Assembly (NCBI GenBank): GCA_963664295.1
Contig: OY760935.1
Span: 580,667-620,666, forward strand
Length of the DNA stretch: 40,000 nt
Direction of reading: 5' to 3'
Source of the DNA: Candidatus Altimarinota bacterium
Lineage (GTDB): Bacteria; Patescibacteriota; Gracilibacteria; CAIRYL01; GCA-016699755
Position 1 is the stretch's first letter. Each line of letters starts with the position of its first letter. The translations under genes were made by a program, and so were the position numbers. Shown here one piece after another: positions 34,575 to 40,000 of this stretch. The notes beneath the pieces were generated by a model. That model had not been told where the DNA came from. It did no database searches and saw only the letters and a list, made by a program, of their open reading frames with translations.

Positions 34575-34922
34575 TTAATTCATACTAATTGCATTAAGTA
34601 TTAAGCATATTTCATCTCTAATTTTAATAAATTTTTTATAAAATTCATCAAATTGATCTCCTGAATTCCAATCTATTTTTGACACATCTAAAAGTTGCGA
34701 CATATTGCTAGCTAAGTCACCATTTGCACCTATTGTTTTTAAGTCTTCTATTGCTTTTTTTAATCTACTCTGAAATTTATTTTTATGTTCATCTATTTTT
34801 TCCTTTCTGCCCGCCTTAGCAAAACGGCTATATTGTATATCAGCAACAAAAACATTATCAGATAAACCATCAAATGTGTTTTTAACTAAATCAAAAACGC
34901 TTGGCGGACTTTCTTTAATCAT
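34575..34922 (-). CDS. Hypothetical protein, 115 aa, sitting where rpsJ would normally be
   Basis: An ORF with no S10-like sequence and no recognisable motif. Confidence 0.55.
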   Translation of the reverse strand: MIKESPPSVFDLVKNTFDGLSDNVFVADIQYSRFAKAGRKEKIDEHKNKFQSRLKKAIEDLKTIGANGDLASNMSQLLDVSKIDWNSGDQFDEFYKKFIKIRDEICLILNAISMN

Positions 34923-34965
34923 ATCAAAAAATACAGAGGATAAAATTAAGTAAAAATAATACTAT

Positions 34966-35970
34966 TTACCTACTTAATGCATATTGAGCAAGTTCAACTA
35001 ATCTATTTGCATATCCCCACTCATTATCATACCAAGCAAGAATTTTTACCATATTATTACCAATTAGCTGAGTGGCTTTTGCATCAACAATACTAGAACG
35101 GGAGTCCATTTTGTAATCTACTGAAACAAGAGGTCGCTCTTCATAGCCTAATATGCCTGCTAATTCATTTTCTGAAGCTTTTTTGAGTTCTTCGTTAATC
35201 TCCTCTTTTGAAGTTGCACGATTTAAATTAACAGTAAGATCAACAATAGAGACAGTAGGCGTAGGAACACGCACAGCACAACCATTTAATTTACCATCAA
35301 GCTCAGGAATAACCAAAGCCACTGCTTTTGCAGCGCCAGTAGTAGTAGGCACCATAGACAAATTCGCGGATCTTGCTCTGCGTAAATCTTTATGAGGAGC
35401 ATCAAGTAATCTCTGATCACCTGTATAGGAATGAATTGTTGTCATTAATCCTTTTTCTATGCCAAATTTCTCATGAAGCACTTTAGCAACAGGAGCAAGT
35501 CCATTGGTAGTACAGCTGGCATTAGAAATAATAAAATGTTTTTCAGGATCATATTGAGCTTCATTAACACCCATAACAAAAGTACCGTCTATTTCACTTT
35601 TTGCAGGAGCAGAAAGCACAACCCGCTTAGCACCAGCAACCAGATGCTGACTAGCCGTCTCACGAGTGCGAAAAACACCAGTACACTCCAGAACCAAATC
35701 TACTTCCAGCTCTTTCCAAGGCAATACAGTTGGATCTTTTTCTGTATAAATAGGAATTTCTTTACCATTAACAGTCATTGAGTTTTCTGTATATGAAACC
35801 TCTCCTTCAAATTTTCCATAAGTTGAATCAAACTCAAAAAGATGCGCCATAGTCTCTGCAGGAGCAAGGTCGTTGATAGCCACAACCTCTAAGTTCATTT
35901 TTCTTTTTAAGATAGAAGCCAAAGCCATTCTGCCAATCCTACCAAAACCATTAATTGCAACTTTTTTCAT
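34966..35970 (-). CDS. gap: Glyceraldehyde-3-phosphate dehydrogenase
   Basis: INGFGRIGR and the active site SNASCTTN. Confidence 0.95.
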   Translation of the reverse strand: MKKVAINGFGRIGRMALASILKRKMNLEVVAINDLAPAETMAHLFEFDSTYGKFEGEVSYTENSMTVNGKEIPIYTEKDPTVLPWKELEVDLVLECTGVFRTRETASQHLVAGAKRVVLSAPAKSEIDGTFVMGVNEAQYDPEKHFIISNASCTTNGLAPVAKVLHEKFGIEKGLMTTIHSYTGDQRLLDAPHKDLRRARSANLSMVPTTTGAAKAVALVIPELDGKLNGCAVRVPTPTVSIVDLTVNLNRATSKEEINEELKKASENELAGILGYEERPLVSVDYKMDSRSSIVDAKATQLIGNNMVKILAWYDNEWGYANRLVELAQYALSR

Positions 35971-35997
35971 TATTTTTAATTAAAAAATCAAACAAAA

Positions 35998-36957
35998 CTA
36001 AAAAAACAATTTAGAAACAGAACGTTTCTCAAGAACATTTTGAATTACATTTGCCACCAAAGGAGCAACAGAGACAACTTGAAGATTTAATTTTTTCTCT
36101 GCGTCTTCAGGCAAAGGAAGTGAATTTGTCACTAAAATTTTATGAAAATTGGCTTCTGCAAGCCGATCAACAGCAGGACCAGAAAAAATAGGATGAGTAG
36201 CAACAAGATAAACATTATCATTTGCACCTGCTTCTATAAGTGCATTTTTTGCACCCAGCACACTCCCCGCAGTGTCCACCATATCATCAACCAAAATTGG
36301 AGTTTTCCCTTTAACATCACCAATAACATTACTCATCATTTCCGCTTTATTATGATCAGGACGAGTTTTATGCAAAAGAGCAAGATCTGCACCAAGCGCA
36401 TCAGCAAACTTCTTAGCATATTTAGCGCCACCAGCATCAGGCGAAACAACTACAGGATTTTCTATTTTTTCCTTTTTTAATTCTTCAACAAAAATATACT
36501 TAGCATTAAGGTTGTCAACAGGCACATCAAAGAAAGCCTGAATCTGATCCGCGTGTAAATGCAAAGTAATAAGATGATCTGCGCCAGCTTCGACCAATAG
36601 TTTAGCCATTAACTTAGCAGAAATTGCCTCTCTGGCTTTGTGAATTTTATCCTGACGGGAATAACCAAAATAAGGCAAAATTACATGAACTTTTTTAGCA
36701 AAACTCCGCTTAGCAGCATCGCACATTAAAAAAGTTTCCATAAAATCCTCATTCACTGTATAGCGAGTGGTTGTGTTGATGATAAACACATGCTTTCCGC
36801 GTACAGAATCCTCTAAGTTCACAAAAATCTCACCACAGGCAAATTTTTTCAGAGTTATGTTTGCAAGTGGCACGTTCAAAAGTTTGGCTATTTCATCTGC
36901 CAGTTCTGAGTGAACTGTGCCTGCAAATAGCCGGAAGTCGGTTTGTTCTTTATTCAT
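35998..36957 (-). CDS. prs: Ribose-phosphate pyrophosphokinase
   Basis: VVSPDAGGAKYAKKFA and the PRPP loop ILVDDMVDTAGS. Confidence 0.93.
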   Translation of the reverse strand: MNKEQTDFRLFAGTVHSELADEIAKLLNVPLANITLKKFACGEIFVNLEDSVRGKHVFIINTTTRYTVNEDFMETFLMCDAAKRSFAKKVHVILPYFGYSRQDKIHKAREAISAKLMAKLLVEAGADHLITLHLHADQIQAFFDVPVDNLNAKYIFVEELKKEKIENPVVVSPDAGGAKYAKKFADALGADLALLHKTRPDHNKAEMMSNVIGDVKGKTPILVDDMVDTAGSVLGAKNALIEAGANDNVYLVATHPIFSGPAVDRLAEANFHKILVTNSLPLPEDAEKKLNLQVVSVAPLVANVIQNVLEKRSVSKLFF

Positions 36958-37041
36958 TTAAGTAAATCTTACAAAAAAATTCTTTATTTGGAAATAAAAT
37001 TTTTTAAACACAAGAAAAAAGCGAGTAAAAAAACTCACTTA

Positions 37042-37075
37042 CAAAAAAATGGCGAGGGGTGGCAAGTGCCACCCC
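37042..37075 (-). terminator. Rho-independent terminator after the repeat-protein gene
   Basis: An 8-bp GC stem GGGGTGGC/GCCACCCC with a 4-nt loop. On the minus strand it is followed by TCGCCATTTTTTT. Confidence 0.7.
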
Positions 37076-37089
37076 GTTGCCGGATTCCA

Positions 37090-38157
37090 TCAATTTGCGA
37101 TTTTGGCTGGATACACCCCACCAGCCGAAAAGTTAACCTTACCATTGAAGCCACTCAAAGCCTCGATGGCCTCATAATTGACCTTGTATGGGGTGGCCAG
37201 GGTCAGTTCAGAGCCCTGAAAGTTTGCCAATATTTGCACAAACTCTCTAGCGTAGCTTGCTGTCTCAGGAGACAGCTGAAAGCCCAATTGAACGGTCAAT
37301 TTTTTTGCATTTGACCGACTAATGGCTTCGAAGGATTCCATGTAGATACCCCGATTTTTTTCGCAGGTTTCGAGGCATACTTCCAGTTCATCGCCGGCAA
37401 AAGCCACGATTTCATTGACCGCAGGGCTCTGACGTATGTGATACGTAAAGCGAGCCGAAACGCTCAATTTTTCGCCGCCAAAAGTGGCAAGGGCCTTCCA
37501 GACTTCAGGATCAAAGCAGATATCGACATCGAGCCTTAGCTCTCTGCCTTTGAAATTGGCAATGCGGCCAACAGTATCACCACTGGGAATGTGAAGCATG
37601 ATGTCCAGCGTATCACACTGAAAGCTGGAAATTGCTTCCAGTGATTCCACTGTGGGCTGACCGAAAAACATGAGCTCAATGGCCCCCTGAAACGCAGACA
37701 ACGCCTGCAATTGCTCGAAGCTGGGACAGTAGCGCATACACCAAATGCTCAATGTGTCACCCTGAAACTTGGTGGCAAGACTAGAAAGCACGCTGGGAGT
37801 AAAACAATCCCCCTCTTCCTTGTCAGCAAAACTCAGCCTTAGCGTATCTCCGTCAAATCGAGACAAACGCATGATTTCCCAGGGAGTAAAGCCATTTTTA
37901 CTAGTGCTATACCAAAGGCCATCAGTAAACAGGGAAAAGCCCTGGTATTTTTGACTACTGCCACTACTGCCGATGCCTAAGGTGCTGACGTGCTCTGAAA
38001 CCTCCTGAATGTTCCAAAGAGGAAAGTTGGGAAGATCAAAGACTTTTTCCTGAGGCAAATCAGGGTCAACATAACCAATTCCGCCTGCCCAGCTCGCATT
38101 AGCGAGAGCAGTCAGAACGACCAATACGACAGTCAGTGTTTTACATGTTTTCTGCAT
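37090..38157 (-). CDS. Secreted repeat protein, 355 aa, with about 10 leucine-rich-repeat-like units. Compositionally foreign (GC-rich).
   Basis: The signal peptide is MQKTCKTLTVVLVVLTALANA. The F-x-G-x-x-L-x-L units recur every 23-30 aa: FDGDTLRLSF, FQGDTLSIWC, FQGAIELMFF, FQCDTLDIML, FKGRELRLDV, FGGEKLSVSA, FAGDELEVCL, FQGSELTLAT, FNGKVNFSAG. Confidence 0.8.
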   Translation of the reverse strand: MQKTCKTLTVVLVVLTALANASWAGGIGYVDPDLPQEKVFDLPNFPLWNIQEVSEHVSTLGIGSSGSSQKYQGFSLFTDGLWYSTSKNGFTPWEIMRLSRFDGDTLRLSFADKEEGDCFTPSVLSSLATKFQGDTLSIWCMRYCPSFEQLQALSAFQGAIELMFFGQPTVESLEAISSFQCDTLDIMLHIPSGDTVGRIANFKGRELRLDVDICFDPEVWKALATFGGEKLSVSARFTYHIRQSPAVNEIVAFAGDELEVCLETCEKNRGIYMESFEAISRSNAKKLTVQLGFQLSPETASYAREFVQILANFQGSELTLATPYKVNYEAIEALSGFNGKVNFSAGGVYPAKIAN

Positions 38158-38486
38158 GGATAATTCCTTTCTACGTGTTCTTGAAGTTTAAACAAGGATG
38201 AGCAGTAGCTAGAAAACACCTCCTTCCAGTTTCCTGTTGAAAGTTTATATGTTTGAATGACTTTAAAAGTCATAATTAATCGCAAAGAGATGGACCATCA
38301 GCTTCTTATGAAAATCACGCACAATATGCATGTGGTGTTTCTTTGAAACTAACAGTCCACTCTTTACAGCCAAATTGTTAAAGATCAGTTTAAGTATTAT
38401 ATACTTTTTTTTATATTTGTCAATAGTAATATATATAAAAAAATAATTCTCCTAATAACGCATATAAAAGAGAAAAAAACCGCTTT

Positions 38487-38915
38487 GTCATTCTGAGCGG
38501 AGTGAAATGGAGCGAAGAATCTCCTTGTTTATTCTTTCAAAACCTGCCTTATCTTGTCATTGCGGAATTGATCCGCAATCTCCTTTACCATACGCTCAAA
38601 AACTAATTCGGTTATTACAATAGTAATGACTACGGGAGATCCTTCGTTTCACTCGGGATGACTGTTTTATTTGTCATTCTAAACAAACTATTTTTGTCAT
38701 TCTGAGCGGAGTGAAGTAGAGCGAAGAATCTCCTTAAAACATATACTCAAACCTTGCCTTAGGTGTTCCTCTGCTGTCATTCTGAGCGAAGCGAAGAATC
38801 TCCTTGGACATGTGCCCAAAAACTAGCTTGGCTATTACAGCAGTAATGACTACGGGAGATTCCTCGACTCGCCTAAAGGCTCGCTCGGAATGACAAAAAA
38901 GAAGATCAGGATGAC
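38487..38915. repeat. Second cluster of the GTCATT...AATCTCC hairpin-repeat family, including two inverted-repeat composites (38556-38662 and 38776-38893)
   Basis: Forward units start at 38487, 38556, 38673, 38696 and 38776. Inverted units lie at 38634-38662 and 38854-38893. Confidence 0.85.
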
Positions 38916-38980
38916 AATCATTGTAAATGAAAACACTAAGCGATCCGCCTAGGCGGACAATGCGTAACTTATTTTTATTT

Positions 38981-39022
38981 AAAAATACAAAAAATCACCC
39001 CAGTACTTACTAGAGTGATTTT
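38981..39022 (-). terminator. Rho-independent terminator after rplL
   Basis: Stem AAAATCAC/GTGATTTT with an inner AGTA/TACT pairing. On the minus strand it is followed by TTTTTTGTATTTTT. Confidence 0.6.
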
Positions 39023-39042
39023 TAGCTCTTAAAATAATAAAA

Positions 39043-39453
39043 CTATTTTAGTTCAACAGTAGCACCAGCTTCTTCAAGCTTGCCTTTTATTTCTTCTGCT
39101 TCTTCTTTTTTAACACCTTCTTTAAGAGGTTTTGGAGCACCATCAACTAAATCTTTAGCTTCTTTCAAGCCAAGACCAGTGATTTCACGTACAACTTTGA
39201 TAACGTTGATTTTTTGACCACCAGCAGCAGCAAGAACAACATCAAAACTGTCTTTTTCTTCTGCAGCACCAGCATCACCAGCAGGAGCGCCAACAGCAGC
39301 TACAGCAACAGGAGCAGCAGCAGAAACGCCAAACTTGTCTTCCATTACTTTAACAAGGTTAGCAAGTTCCAATACAGATAGTTTTTCAACTGCATCAAGA
39401 ATGCTTTGTGCTTCTTTTGAAAGCTCTGGTAAGTCTTTTTTTTCTTCTGACAT
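39043..39453 (-). CDS. rplL: 50S ribosomal protein L7/L12 (bL12)
   Basis: Ala-rich hinge [22 protein letters not shown] and the C-terminal domain [23 protein letters not shown]. Confidence 0.96.
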   Translation of the reverse strand: MSEEKKDLPELSKEAQSILDAVEKLSVLELANLVKVMEDKFGVSAAAPVAVAAVGAPAGDAGAAEEKDSFDVVLAAAGGQKINVIKVVREITGLGLKEAKDLVDGAPKPLKEGVKKEEAEEIKGKLEEAGATVELK

Positions 39454-39530
39454 GATTTTATTAAAAAATTGAAAATCTTTATATTGTTTTCATGCTTCGC
39501 AAAGCTCCACATGATAAAAAGTTAACTAAA

Positions 39531-40000
39531 TTAAGCGGTTTGTTCTTTTTGTTTAGAAATTTCTGACAAAGCACGAACAAAACCGGAAACAACTCCGTTA
39601 GTTGTGCCAACAAAACCGGAAATTGGTGAATTGATAGAGCCAAGTAATTTTGCCAAAAGCTCTTCGCGAGAAGGAACAGAGGCAAGAGCAATAATATATT
39701 CAGCATCTACTGGTTTTCCTTCAAAAACTCCTCCATGAATAACAAGTTTTTCATTGTCTTTTGTATATTTATGAGTGACTTGAATGCTTGATAACTCGTC
39801 TTCAAAACCAAAAACTGCACCAATAGGACCTTTCATAACAGAATCACCTATTTCTTCAATTCCGTTTTCTGCCAATGCTTTTTTGAATAAAGTTTTTTTA
39901 GCAAGACCGTATTCAGCACCTTTTTCGCGCAATTTTGCACGATAGTCTGTGATTTCTTCTACTGTTAATCCTTTATTTTCTGCAAAAACTATACTTTTTG
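39531..40000 (-). CDS. rplJ: 50S ribosomal protein L10 (uL10), 5'-truncated by the window edge
   Basis: It lies upstream of rplL. The frame stays open beyond the M at 39932: ...FAENKGLTVEEITDYRAKLREKGAEYGLAKKTLFKKA. Confidence 0.9.
   Translation of the reverse strand, partial: KSIVFAENKGLTVEEITDYRAKLREKGAEYGLAKKTLFKKALAENGIEEIGDSVMKGPIGAVFGFEDELSSIQVTHKYTKDNEKLVIHGGVFEGKPVDAEYIIALASVPSREELLAKLLGSINSPISGFVGTTNGVVSGFVRALSEISKQKEQTA

Noticed and set aside
34575-34922. The 115-aa ORF as a divergent S10, given its position upstream of rplC
   Set aside because: There is no resemblance to the S10 core (no IRIRL.. or ..PLPT.. type segments). The protein looks all-helical. It is kept as hypothetical.
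39479-39706. The 75-aa minus-strand ORF overlapping rplJ in another frame, and the similar ORF at 16806-16997 inside rplE
   Set aside because: Both are fully nested within highly conserved r-protein genes in alternative frames, with hydrophobic low-complexity translations. They are spurious.
1-40000. Alternative genetic code (UGA recoded), as in some candidate-phyla bacteria
   Set aside because: TGA terminates well-delimited genes: the 1114-aa gene at 2512-2514, with an ATGA overlap onto the next start, and the repeat-protein gene at 37090-37092. Conserved proteins are full length under the standard code. The only tRNA-Trp seen has anticodon CCA.

Overview
This is an AT-rich, gene-dense bacterial chromosome segment. 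It uses the standard genetic code: TGA and TAA act as stops and tRNA-Trp carries anticodon CCA. Almost every gene is on the minus strand.

**Ribosomal-protein clusters.** The window is built from pieces of the conserved clusters:
- rplJ (partial)-rplL at 39.0-40.0 kb.
- rplC-rplD-rplW-rplB-rpsS at 31.8-34.5 kb.
- rplP-rpmC-rpsQ-rplN-rplX-rplE-rpsN-rpsH-rplF-rplR-rpsE-[DJ-1/PfpI]-rplO-secY-adk at 11.3-19.1 kb.

The pieces are separated by housekeeping genes: dcd, ndk, RNase J, rpmB, an M50 protease, a CorC/HlyC transporter, pyrE, a PyrK-like gene, hisS, gap and prs. rpsJ, rplV, rpsC and rpmD are missing from their canonical positions.

**tRNAs.** There are four: Tyr-GTA, Thr-TGT and Ser-GGA on the minus strand, and Trp-CCA on the plus strand. 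Tyr and Ser are surrounded by partial copies of themselves.

**Compositional islands** (hand counts of sampled 60-nt lines, against about 42% GC in a secY line):
- An extremely AT-rich type II restriction-modification pair at 8.8-10.8 kb, 13-27% GC, wedged between the tRNA-Tyr terminator and the promoter of a Kef-type antiporter gene.
- A comparatively GC-rich gene at 37.1-38.2 kb, 45-52% GC, encoding a secreted repeat protein.

**Other notable features.**
- Two intergenic clusters (6.5-6.9 kb and 38.5-38.9 kb) hold one family of short hairpin repeats (GTCATT...AATCTCC) with covarying stems. The first cluster lies directly downstream of a perfect TTGACA-N16-TATAAT promoter with no ORF.
- The left end (1-6359) is a tight four-gene operon of membrane-anchored proteins built around a 1114-aa coiled-coil protein. 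It has no recognisable catalytic motifs and runs off the window.

**Likely lineage (inference only).** The absence of L30, the Lys/Glu-rich r-protein tails and the weak Shine-Dalgarno sequences suggest a CPR/Patescibacteria-like small-genome bacterium.

All calls come from reading the sequence and the ORF track. No database search was possible.
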